Of a DNA stretch of 64,000 nt, positions 26,626-40,085 are shown piece by piece. The notes under the pieces were generated by a model that was given only the letters and a program-made list of their open reading frames with translations, was not told the origin of the DNA and did not search any database. The first letter of the stretch is position 1. The number at the start of each line of letters is the position of its first letter. The position numbers and the translations under genes are program-made. The stretch is taken from the NCBI RefSeq assembly GCF_009914755.1, contig NC_060933.1; one strand, 5' to 3'. This stretch comes from the human T2T-CHM13v2.0 reference genome, Homo sapiens.

Positions 26626-29600
26626 CCATTCCATTCCATTCCATTCCATTCCATTCCGTTCCATTCCATTCCATTACATTCGGATTGATTCTATTCAACT
26701 CCCTTACTCTCCATTACGTTCGATTCCATTCTGGTTGTTCCATTCCATTCCATTCCATTCCACTCCATTCCATTGCACTCGGGTTGATTCCATTACATTC
26801 CATTCCATTCCGGAAGATTCCATTCCATTGCATTCCATTACATTCCATTCCCCTGTACTCGCGTTGATTCCATTCCTTTCCATTCCATTCCATTCCATTC
26901 CGTTCCGTTCCGTTCCGTTCCATTCCATTACATTCCATTCCATTCCATTCCGTTCCGTTCCATTCCATTCCATTCCATTCTATTCGGGTTAATTCCATTC
27001 AATTCCATTCGATTGCAATCGTGTTGATTCCATTCCATTCCATTCCATTCCATTCCATTCAATTCCATTCCGTTCCATTCCATTCCATTATATTCGGATT
27101 GATTCTACTCAACTCCCTTACTCTCCATTATATTCCATTCCATTCGGGTTGATCCATTCCATTCCATTCCATTCCACTCCATTCCATTGCACTCGGGTTT
27201 GTTCCATTCCATTCCATTCCATTCCATTCCATTCCATTCCATTCCGGAAGATTCCATTCCATTGCATTCCATTCCATTCCATTCCCCTGCACTCGCGTTG
27301 ATTCCATTCCATTCCATTCCTTTCCATTCCATTCCATTCCATTCCTTTCCGTTCCATTCCATTCCATTCCATTCCATTCCATTCCATTCCGTTCCGTTCC
27401 ATTCCGTTCCGTTCCGTTCCATTCCATTCCATTCCATTCTATTCGGGTTAATTCCATTCCATTCCATTCGATTGCAATCGAGTTGATTCCATTCCATTCC
27501 ACTCCATTCCATTCCATTCCATTCCATTCCTTTCCATTCCATTATGGATGATTCCATTCCATTGCATTACATTCCATTCCATTCCCCTGTACTCGGGTTG
27601 ATTCCATTCCATTCCATTCCATTCCATTCTATTCCATTCCATTCCATTCCATTCCGGAAGATTCCATTCCATTGCATTCCATTCCATTCCATTCCCCTGC
27701 ACTCGCGTTGATTCCATTCCATTCCATTCCATTCAATTCCATTCCATTCCATTGCATTCCGATCCGTTCCGTTCCATTCCATTCCATTCCATTCCATTCC
27801 GTTCCATTCCATTCCATTCCATTCCATTCTATTCGGGTTAACTCCATTCCATTCCATTCAATTGCAATCGAGTTGATTCCATTCCATTCCATTCCTTTCC
27901 ATTACATTACGGATGATTCCATTCCATTTCATTCCATTCCATTCCATTCCCCTGTACTCGGGTTGATTCCATTCCATTCCATTCCAATCCATGCCATTCC
28001 ACTCGTGTTGATTCCATTCTTTCCATTCCATTCAAGTTGAATCCATTCCATTGCATTCCATTCCATTCGATTCCATTCGATTGCACTCGGGTTGATTCCA
28101 TGGCATTGCATTCCATTCCATTCCATTCCATTCCATTCCATTCCATTCCTTTCCATTCCATTCCATTCCATTCCATTCGGATTCATTCTATTCAATTCCC
28201 TTACACTCCATTCCATTCCATTCCATTCGTGTAGTTTCCATTCCATTCCATTCCATTCCTCTCCATTCCATTGCACTCGGGTTGATTCCATTCCATTCCA
28301 TTCCATTCGATTCCATTCCATTCCATTCCATTCCGGATGATTCCATTCCATTTAATTCTATTCCATTCCGTTCCCCTGCACTTGGGTTGATTCCATTCCA
28401 TTCCATTCCATTCCTTTCTGTTCCATTCCATTCCATTCCATTCCATTCTATTCGTGTTAATTCCGTTCCATTCTATTCCATTCCATTCCATTGAAATCGA
28501 GTTGATTCCATTCCATTCAATTCCATTCCATTCCATTCCATTCCATTCCATTCCGGATGATTCCATTCCATTGCATTCCATTCCATTCCATTCCCCTGCG
28601 CTCGGGTTGATTCCATTCCATTCCATTCCATTCCAGTCCTTTCCATTCCATTCCACTAGGGTTGATTCCATTCTATTAGATTCCATTCCATTCCATTCCC
28701 TTCCATTCCACTCTGGTTGATTCCATTCCTTTCCATTCCACTCGAATACTTTCCCTCCTATTCCACTCGGAACGATTCCATTCCATTCCATTCCATTGCA
28801 TTCCATTCCACTCCATTCCATTCCATTCCATTTCGTTCCATTCCATTCTATTCCGTACCATTCCATTCCATTCCATTCCATTCCATTCCATTCCATTCCA
28901 TTCCATTCCACTCGTGTTGATTCCATTGCTTTCCATTCCATTCGGTTTGAAGGCATTCCATTCCATTCAATTCCATTCCATTCCATTCCATTGCATTCCA
29001 TTCCATTCCATTCCATTGTACTCGGGTTGATTCAATTCCATTGCATTCCATTCCATTCCATTCCATTCCGTTGCATTCCATTCCATTTCATTCGGATTGA
29101 TTGTATTCAAATCCCTTACTGTCCATTACATTCCATTCCATTTGGGTTGTTCCATTCCATTCCATTCCATTCCATTCCATTCCATACCATTCCATTCCAT
29201 TCCATTCCATTCCATTCCATTCCGTTCCATTCCGTTCCATTCCATTCCATTCCATTCTATTCGGGTTAATTCCATTCCATTCCATTCCATTCCATTCCAT
29301 TCCATTCTATTCCATTCCATTGCAATCGAGTTGAATCCATTGCATTTCATTCCATTCCATTCCATTCCATTCCATTCCATTCCGGAAGATTCCATTCCAT
29401 TGCATTCCATTCCATTCCATTCCCCTGCACTCGCGTTGATTCCATTCCATTCCATTCCATTCCATTCCATTCCGTTCCGTTCCGTTCCGTTCCATTCCAT
29501 TCCATTCCATTCCATTCCATTCCGTTCCGTTCCATTCCATTCCATTCCATTCCACTCTATTCGGGTTAATTCCATTCCATTCCATTCGATTGCAATCGAG

Positions 29601-29640
29601 TTGATTCCATTCCATTCCATTCCATTCCATTCCATTCCTT
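24450..29640 (+). repeat. Segmental duplication B, copy 1 (paralog at ~34800-40085)
   Basis: Offsets 10362-10462 in the ORF track. Shared rare markers: GGAAGATGCC (~26144/36511), GAGTGGATT (~26363/36730), CCGATCCG (~27759/38141), CACTAGGG, GAATACTTT. Confidence 0.9.
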
Positions 29641-30165
29641 TCCATTACATTACGGATGATTCCATTCCATTTCTTTCCATTCCATTACATTCCCCTGTAC
29701 TCGGGTTGATTCCATTCCATTCCATTCCAATCCATGCCATTCCACTCGTGTTGATTCCATTCTTTCCATTCCATTCAAGATGAATCCATTCCATTACATT
29801 CCATTCCATTCGATTCCATTCGATTGCCCTCATGTTGATTCCATGGCATTGCATTCCATTCCATTCCATTCCATTCCATTCCATTCCATTCCTTTCCATT
29901 CCATTCCATTCCATTCCATTCCATTCCTTTCCATTACATTACGGATGATTCCATTCCATTGCATTCCTTTCCATTCCATTCCCCTGTACTCGGGTTGATT
30001 CCATTCCATTCCATTCCATTCCATTCCATGCCATTCCACTCGTGTTGATTCCATTCTTTCCATTCCATTCAAGTTGAATCCATTGCATTGCATTCCACTG
30101 CATTCGATTCCATTCAATTGCACTCGGGTTGATTCCATTCCATTGCATTCCATTCCATTCCAGTC
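29640..30165 (+). repeat. ~0.5 kb segment duplicated at ~42680-43235 (offset ~13040)
   Basis: The rare word CGATTGCCCTCATGTTG occurs at 29821 and 42862, flanked by shared CATTTCTTTCC and AATCCATTGCATTGC. Confidence 0.8.
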
Positions 30166-30425
30166 AATTCTGTTCCATTCCTTTCCATTACATTCGGATT
30201 GATTCTATTCAATTCCCTTACACTCCATTACATTCCGTTCCATTCGGGTAGTTTCCATTCCATTCCATTCCATGCCTCTCCATTCCATTGCATTCGGGTT
30301 GATTCCATTCCATTCCATTCCATTCCATTCCATTCCATTCCATTCCATTACGGATGATTCCATTCCATTGCATTACATTCCATTCCATTCCCCTGTACTC
30401 GGGCTGATTCCATTCCATTCCATTC

Positions 30426-33400
30426 CATACCATTCCATTCCATTCCATTCCATTCCATTCCGTTCCATTCCGTTCCATTCCATTCCATTCCATTCTATTC
30501 GTGTTAATTCCATTCCATTCTATTCCATTCCAGTCCATTGAAATCGAGTTGATTCCATTCCATTCCATTCCATTCCATTCCATTCCGGATGATTCCATTC
30601 CATTGCATTCCATTCCATTCCATTCCCCTGCACTCGGATGGATTCCATTCCATTCCATTACATTACATTACGTTCCATTCCGTTCCATTCTATTCTATTC
30701 GGGTTAATTCCATTCCATTCCATTCCACTCCATTCCATTCCATTCTATTCGGGTTAATTCCATTCCATAACATTCCATTCCATTCCATTCCATTCCAATC
30801 GAGTTGATTCCATTCCATTCCATTCCATTTCACTCAATTCCAGTCCTTTCCATTCCATTCCACTCGGGTTGATTCCATTCTATTCCTTTCCATTCCATTC
30901 CATTCCATTGCAATCGAGTTGATTCCATTGCTTTGCATTCCATTCCATTCCATTCCATTCCGGATGATTCCTTTCCATTGCATTCCATTCCATTCCATTC
31001 CCCTGCACTCGGGTTGATTCCATTCCATTCCACTCCATTCCATTGCATTCCATTCCATTCCATTGTATTCGGGTTGATTCCATTGCATTCCTTTCCATTC
31101 CATTCCATTCCATTCCATTCCATTACAATCGAGTTGATTCCATTCCCTTCCATTCCATTCCAGTGCTTTCCATTCCATTCCACTCGGGTTGATTCCATTC
31201 TATTAGTTTCCATTCCATTCCATTCCCTTACATTCCACTCTGGTTGATTCCATTCCTTTCCATTCCACTCGAATACATTCCCTCCTATTCCACTCGGAAC
31301 GATTCCATTCCATTCCATTCCATTCCATTCCATTCCATTCCATTTCGTTCCATTCCATTCTATTCCGTACCATTCCATTCCATTCCATTCCACTCATGTT
31401 GATTCCATTGCTTTCCATTCCATTCGGTTTGAAGGCATTCCATTCCATTCAATTCCATTCCATTCCATTCCATTCCATTCCATTCCATTCCATTCCATTC
31501 CATTGTACTCGGGTTGATTCAATTCCATTGCATTCCATTCCATTCCATTGCGTTGCATTCCATTCCATTTCATTCGGATTGATTGTATTCAAATCCCTTA
31601 CTCTTCATTACATTCCATTCCATTCGGGTTGTTCCATTCCATTCCATTACATTCCATTCCATTCCATTCCATACCATTCCATTCCATTCCATTCCATTCC
31701 ATTCCGTTCCATTCCGTTCCATTCCATTCCATTCCATTCTATTCGGGTTAATTCCATTCCATTCCATTCCATTCCATTCTATTCCATTCCATTGCAATCG
31801 AGTTGAATCCATTGCATTTCATTCCATTCCATTCCATTCCATTCCATTCCGGAAGATTCCATTCCATTGCATTCCATTCCATTCCATTCCCCTGCACTCG
31901 CGTTGATTCCATTCCATTCCATTCCATTCCATTCCGTTCCGTTCCGTTCCGTTCCATTTCATTCCATTCCATTCCATTGCATTCCGTTCCGTTCCATTCC
32001 ATTCCATTCCATTCCACTCTATTCGGGTTAATTCCATTCCATTCCATTCGATTGCAATCGAGTTGATTCCATTCCATTCCATTCCATTCCATTCCATTCC
32101 TTTCCCCTGTACTCGGGTTGATTCCATTCCATTCCATTCCAATCCATGCCATTCCACTCGTGTTGATTCCATTCTTTCCATTCCATTCAAGATGAATCCA
32201 TTCCATTGCATTCCATTCCATTCGATTCCATTCGTTTGCACTCGTGTTGATTCCATGGCATTGCATTCCATTCCATTGCATTCCATTTCATTCCATTCTA
32301 TTCCTTTCCATTCCATTCCATTCCATTCGGATTCATTCTATTCAATTCCCTTACACTCCATTACATTACATTCCATTCGGGTTGTTCCATTCCATTCCAT
32401 TCCATTCAACTCCATTCCATTGCACTGGGGTTGATTCCATTCCATTCCTTTCCATTCCATTCCATTCCATTCCGGATGATTCCATTCCATTGCATTCCGT
32501 TCCATTCCATTCCCCTGCAGTCACGTTGATTTCATTCCATTCCATTCCATTCCATTCCATTCCATTCCATTCCATTCCATTGTACTCGGGTTGATTCCAT
32601 TCCATTGCATTCCATTCCATTCCATTCCATTCCATTCTATTCCATTCCATTCCGTTGCTTTCCATTCCATTACATTCGGATTGATTCTATTCAACTCCCT
32701 TACTCTCCATTACATTCCATTCCATTCGGGTTCTTCCATTCCATTCCATTCCATTCCACTCCATTCCATTGCACTCGGGTTGATTCCAATCCATTCCATT
32801 CCATTCCATTCATTCCGGATGATTCCATTCCATTGCATTCCGTTCCATTACATTCCCCTGCACTCGCGTTGATTCCATTCCATTCCATTCCATTCCATTC
32901 AATTCCATTCCATTACAATTCGTTCCATTCCATTCTATTCCATACCATTCCATTCCATTACATACCATTCCATTCCATTCCATTCCATTCCATTCCATTC
33001 CGTTCCATTCCGTTCCATTCCATTCCATTCCATTCTATTCGGGTTAATTCCATTCCATTCCATTCCGTTCCATTCCATTCCATTCCATTCCATTGCATTC
33101 CATTCCGTTCCATTCCGTTCCATTCCATTCCATTCCATTCTATTCGGGTTAATTCCATTCCATTCCATTCCATTCCATTCCATTCTATTCCATTCCATTG
33201 CAATCGAGTTGAATCCATTGCATTTCATTCCATTCCATTCCATTCCATTCCATTCCGGAAGATTCCATTCCATTGCATTCCATTCCATTCCATTCCCCTG
33301 CACTCGCGTTGATTCCATTCCATTCCATTCCACTCCATTCCATTCCATTCCATTCTGTTCCGTTCCGTTCCATTCCATTCCATTCCATTCCATTCCATTC

Positions 33401-34780
33401 TATTCGGGTTAATTCCATTCCATTCCATTCGATTGCAATCGAGTTGATTCCGTTCCATTCCATTCCATTCCATTCCATTCCATTCCTTTCCATTACATTA
33501 CGGATGACTCCATTCCATTCCATTCCATTCCATTCCTTTCCCCTGTACTCGGGTTGATTCCATTCCATTCCATTCCAATCCATGCCATTCCACTCGTGTT
33601 GATTCCATTCTTTCCATTCCATTCAAGATGAATCCATTCCATTGCATTTCATTTCATTCGATTCCATTCGTTTGCACTCGTGTTGATTCCATGGCATTGC
33701 ATTCCATTCCATTCCATTCCATTCCATTCCATTCCATTCCATTCCTTTCCATTCCATTCCATTCCATTCGGATTCATTCTATTCAAATCTCTTACACTCC
33801 ATTACATTACATTCCATTCGGGTTGTTCCATTCCATTCCATTCCATTCCACTCCATTCCATTGCACTCGGGTTGATTCCATTCCATTCCTTTCCATTCCA
33901 TTCCCTTCCATTCCGGATGATTCCATTCCATTGCATTCCGTTCCATTCCATTCCCCTGCACTCGCGTTGATTCCATTCCATTCCATTCCATTCCATTCAA
34001 TTCCATTCCATTACAATTCGTTCCATTCCATTCTATTCCGTACCATTCCATTCAATTCCATACCATTCCATTCCATTCCATTCCATTCAGTTCCATTCCG
34101 TTCCATTCCATTCCATTCCATTCTATTCGGGTTAATTCCATTCCATTCCATTCCATTCCATTCCATTCTATTCCATTCCATTGCAGTCGAGTTGAATCCA
34201 TTGCATTTCATTCCATTCCATTCCATTCCATTCCATTCCGGAAGATTCCATTCCATTGCATTCCATTCCATTCCATTCCATTCCATTCCATTCCATTCCG
34301 TTCCATTCCATTACATTCGGATTGATTCTATTCAATTCCCTTACACTGCATTCCATTCCATTCCATTCGGGTAGTTTCCATTCCATTCCATTCCATTCCT
34401 CTCCATTCCATTGCACTCGGGTTGATTCCATTCCATTGCATTCCATTCCATTCCATTCAATTCCATTCCGTTCCATTCCATTCCATTACATTCGGATTGA
34501 TTCTATTCAACTCCCTTACGCTCCATTACATTCCATTCCATTCGGGTTGTTCCATTCCATTCCACTCCATTCCATTGCACTCGGGTTGATTCCGTTCCAT
34601 TCCATTCCATTCCTTTCCATTCCATTCCGGAAGATTCCACTCCATTGCATTCCATTCCATTCCATTCCCCTGCACTCACGTTGATTCCATTCCATTCCAC
34701 TCCATTCCATTCCATTCCATTCCTTTCGGTTCCATTCCATTCCATTCCATTCCATTCCATTCCGTTCCGTTCCATTCCAT
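30426..34780 (+). repeat. Segment E, paralogous to ~46150-51405 (offset 15725-16628)
   Basis: Shared markers CAGTCCATTGAAAT, CTCGGATGGATT, CCATAACA, CAGTGCTTT, CACTGGGG, GGGTTCTTCC, GCAGTCGAG, CTTACGCTCC. The offset jumps by ~780 where the distal copy has an internal duplication. Confidence 0.85.
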
Positions 34781-34799
34781 TCCATTCCATTCAATTCCA

Positions 34800-37700
34800 T
34801 TCCGTTCCATTCCATTCCATTACATTCGGATTGATTCTATTCAACTCCCTTAGTCTCCATTACATTCTATTCCATTCGGGTTGTTCCATTCCATTCCATT
34901 CCATTCCACTCCATTCCATTGCACTCGGGTTTGTTCCATTCCATTCCATTCCATTCCATTCCATTCCATTCCATTCCATTCCGGAAGATTCCATTCCATT
35001 GCATTCCATTCCATTCCATTCCCCTGCACTCGCGTTGATTCCATTCCATTCCATTCCATTCCATTCCATTCCTTTCCGTTCCATTCCATTCCATTCCATT
35101 CCATTCCATTCCGTTCCGTTCCGTTCCGTTCCATTCCATTCCATTCCATTCTATTCGGGTTAATTCCATTCCATTCCATTCGATTGCAATCGAGTTGATT
35201 CCATTCCATTCCATTCCATTCCATTCCATTCCATTCCATTCCTTTCCATTCCATTACGGATGATTCCATTCCATTGCATTACATTCCATTCCATTCCCCT
35301 GTACTCGGGTTGATTCCATTCCATTCCATTCCATTCCATTCCATTCCTGATGATTCCATTCCATTGCATTGCGTTCCATTACATTCCCCTGCACTCGCGT
35401 TGATTCCATTCCATTCCATTCCATTCCATTCAATTCCATTCCATTACAATTCGTTCCATTCCATTCTATTCCGTACCATTCCATTCCATTGCATACCATT
35501 CCATTCCATTCCATTCCATTCCGTTCCGTTCCGTTCCATTCCATTCCATTCCATTCTATTCGGATTAATTCCATTCCATTCCATTCCATTCCATTCTATT
35601 CCATTCCATTGCAATCGAGTTGAATCCATTGCATTTCATTCCATTCCATTCCATTCCATTCCATTCCGGAAGATTCCATTCCATTGCATTCCATTCCATT
35701 CCATTCCCCTGCGTTCGCGTTGATTCCATTCCATTCCATTCCATTCCATTTCGTTCCGTTCCATTCCATTCCATTCCATTCCATTCCGTTCCGTTCCATT
35801 CCATTCCATACCATTCTATTCGGGTTAATTCCATTCCATTCCATTCGATTGCAATCGAGTTGATTCCATTCCATTCCATTCCATTCCATTCCATTCCATT
35901 CCATTCCATTCCTTTCCATTCCATTACGGATGATTCCATTCCATTGCATTCCATTCCATTCCATTCCCCTGTACTCGGGTTGATTCCATTCCATTCCATT
36001 CCAATCCATGCCATTCCACTCGTGTTGATTCCATTCTTTCCATTCCATTCAAGTTGATTCCATTCCATTGCATTCCATTCCATTCGATTCCATTCGATTG
36101 CACTCGGGTTGATTCCATTCCATTGCATTCCATTCCATTCCATTCGATTCCATTCCATTCCATTCCGTTCCATTCCATTCCATTCCATTCGGATTGATTC
36201 TATTCAATTCCCTTACACTCCATTACATTACATTCCATTCGGGTAGTTTCCATTCCATTCCATTCCATTCCTCTCCATTCCATTGCACTCGGGTTGATTC
36301 CATTCCATTGCATTCCATTCCATTCCATTCAATTCTATTCCGTTCCATTCCATTCCATTACATTCGGATTGATTCTATTCAACTCCCTTACTCTCCATTA
36401 TATTCCATTCCATTCGGGTTGTTCCATTCCATTCCATTCCATTCCACTCCATTCCATTTGACTCGGGTTTATTCCATTCCATTCCATTCCATTCCATTCC
36501 ATTCCATTCCGGAAGATGCCATTCCATTGCATTCCATTCCATTCCATTCCCCTGCACTCGCGTTGATTCTATTCTATTCCATTCTATTCCATTCCATTCC
36601 CTTCCTTTCCGTTCCATTCCATTCCATTCCATTCCATTCCATTCCATTCCATTCCGTTCCGTTCCGTTCCATTCCATTCCATTCCATTCTATTCGGGTTA
36701 ATTCCATTCCATTCCATTCGATTGCAATCGAGTGGATTCCATTCCATTCCATTCCATTCCATTCCATTCCTTTCCATTCCATTACGGATGATTCCATTCC
36801 ATTGCATTCCATTCCATTCCATTCCCCTGTACTCGGGTTGATTCCATTCCATTCCATTCCAATCCATGCCCTTCCACTCGTGTTGATTCCATTATTTCCA
36901 TTCCATTCTAGTTGAATCCATTCCATTGCATTCCATTCCATTCGATTCCATTCGATTGCACTCGGGTTGATTCCATTCCATTGCATTCCATTCCATTCCA
37001 TTCCATTCCATTCCATTCCATTCCATTCCATTCCATTCCGTTCCATTCCATTCCATTACATTCGGATTGATTCTATTCAACTCCCTTACTCTCCATTACA
37101 TTCGATTCCATTCGGGTTGTTCCATTCCATTCCATTCCATTCCACTCCATTCCATTGCACTCGGGTTGATTCCATTACATTCCATTCCATTCCGGAAGAT
37201 TCCATTCCATTGCATTCCATTACATTCCATTCCCCTGTACTCGCGTTGATTCCATTCCTTTCCATTCCATTCCATTCCATTCCATTCCATTCCATTCCGT
37301 TCCTTTCCATTCCATTACATTCCATTCCATTCCATTCCGTTCCGTTCCATTCCATTCCATTCCATTCTATTCGGGTTAATTCCATTCAATTCCATTCGAT
37401 TGCAATCGTGTTGATTCCATTCCATTCCATTCCATTCCATTCCATTCCATTCAATTCCATTCCGTTCCATTCCATTCCATTATATTCGGATTGATTCTAC
37501 TCAACTCCCTTACTCTCCATTATATTCCATTCCATTCGGGTTGTTCCATTCCATTCCATTCCATTCCACTCCATTCCATTGCACTCGGGTTTGTTCCATT
37601 CCATTCCATTCCATTCCATTCCATTCCATTCCATTCCGGAAGATTCCATTCCATTGCATTCCATTCCATTCCATTCCCCTGCACTCGCGTTGATTCCATT

Positions 37701-40085
37701 CCATTCCATTCCTTTCCATTCCATTCCATTCCGTTCCTTTCCGTTGCATTCCATTCCATTCCATTCCATTCCATTCCGTTCCATTCCGTTCCGTTCCGTT
37801 CCATTCCATTCCATTCCATTCTATTCGGGTTAATTCCATTCCATTCCATTCGATTGCAATCGAGTTGATTCCATTCCATTCCATTCCATTCCATTCCATT
37901 CCATTCCATTCCTTTCCATTCCATTACGGATGATTCCATTCCATTGCATTACATTCCATTCCATTCCCCTGTACTCGGGTTGATTCCATTCCATTCCATT
38001 CCATTCCATTCTATTCCATTCCATTCCATTCCATTCCGGAAAATTCCATTCCATTGCATTCCATTCCATTCCATTCCCCTGCACTCGCGTTGATTCCATT
38101 CCATTCCATTCCATTCAATTCCATTCCATTCCATTGCATTCCGATCCGTTCCGTTCCATTCCATTCCATTCCATTCCATTCCGTTCCATTCCATTCCATT
38201 CCATTCCATTCCATTCCATTCCATTCCATTCCATTCCATTCTATTCGGGTTAACTCCATTCCATTCCATTCAATTGCAATCGAGTTGATTCCATTCCATT
38301 CCATTCCATTCCATTCCATTCCATTCCATTCCATTCCATTCCTTTCCATTACATTACGGATGATTCCATTCCATTTCATTCCATTCCATTCCATTCCCCT
38401 GTACTCGGGTTGATTCCATTCCATTCCATTCCAATCCATGCCATTCCACTCGTGTTGATTCCATTCTTTCCATTCCATTCAAGTTGAATCCATTCCATTG
38501 TATTCCATTCCATTCGATTCCATTCGATTGCACTCGGGTTGATTCCATGGCATTGCATTCCATTCCATTCCATTCCATTCCATTCCATTCCATTCCATTC
38601 CGTTCCTTTCCATTCCATTGCATTCCATTCCATTCGGATTCATTCTATTCAATTCCCTTACACTCCATTCCATTCCATTCCATTCGTGTAGTTTCCATTC
38701 CATTCCATTCCATTCCTCTCCATTCCATTGCACTCGGGTTGATTCCATTCCATTCCATTCCATTCCATTCCATTCCATTCCATTCCATTCCGGATGATTC
38801 CATTCCATTGAATTCCATTCCATTCCGTTCCCCTGCACTTGGGTTGATTCCATGCCATTCCATTCCATTCCTTTCTGTTCCATTCCATTCCATTCCATTC
38901 CATTCTATTCGTGTTAATTCCGTTCCATTCTATTCCATTCCATTCCATTGAAATCGAGTTGATTCCATTCCATTCAATTCCATTCCATTCCATTCCATTC
39001 CATTCCATTCCATTCCGGATGATTCCATTCCATTGCATTCCATTCCATTCCATTCCCCTGCGCTCGGGTTGATTCCATTCCATTCCATTCCCTTCCAGTC
39101 CTTTCCATTCCATTCCACTAGGGTTGATTCCATTCTATTAGATTCCATTCCATTCCATTCCCTTCCATTCCACTCTGGTTGATTCCATTCCTTTCCATTC
39201 CACTCGAATACTTTCCCTCCTATTCCACTCGGAACGATTCCATTCCATTCCATTCCATTCCATTCCATTCCACTCCATTCCATTCCATTCCATTTCGTTC
39301 CATTCCATTCTATTCCGTACCATTCCATTCCATTCCATTCCATTCCATTCCATTCCATTCCACTCGTGTTGATTCCATTGCTTTCCATTCCATTCGGTTT
39401 GAAGGCATTCCATTCCATTCAATTCCATTCCATTCCATTCCATTCCATTCCATTCCATTCCATTCCATTCCATTGTACTCGGGTTGATTCAATTCCATTG
39501 CATTCCATTCCATTCCATTCCGTTGCATTCCATTCCATTTCATTCGGATTGATTGTATTCAAATCCCTTACTCTCCATTACATTCCATTCCATTCGGGTT
39601 GTTCCATTCCATTCCATTCCATTCCATTCCATTCCATACCATTCCATTCCATTCCATTCCATTCCATTCCGTTCCATTCCGTTCCATTCCATTCCATTCC
39701 ATTCTATTCGGGTTAATTCCATTCCATTCCATTCCATTCCATTCCATTCTATTCCATTCCATTGCAATCGAGTTGAATCCATTGCATTTCATTCCATTCC
39801 ATTCCATTCCATTCCATTCCATTCCGGAAGATTCCATTCCATTGCATTCCATTCCATTCCATTCCCCTGCACTCGCGTTGATTCCATTCCATTCCATTCC
39901 ATTCCATTCCATTCCGTTCCGTTCCGTTCCGTTCCATTCCATTCCATTCCATTCCATTCCATTCCATTCCGTTCCGTTCCATTCCATTCCATTCCATTCC
40001 ACTCTATTCGGGTTAATTCCATTCCATTCCATTCGATTGCAATCGAGTTGATTCCATTCCATTCCATTCCATTCCATTCCATTCC
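34800..40085 (+). repeat. Segmental duplication B, copy 2
   Basis: Same markers in the same order as 24450-29640; diverges at ~40085 (CCTTTCCCCTG vs CCTTTCCATTAC). Confidence 0.9.
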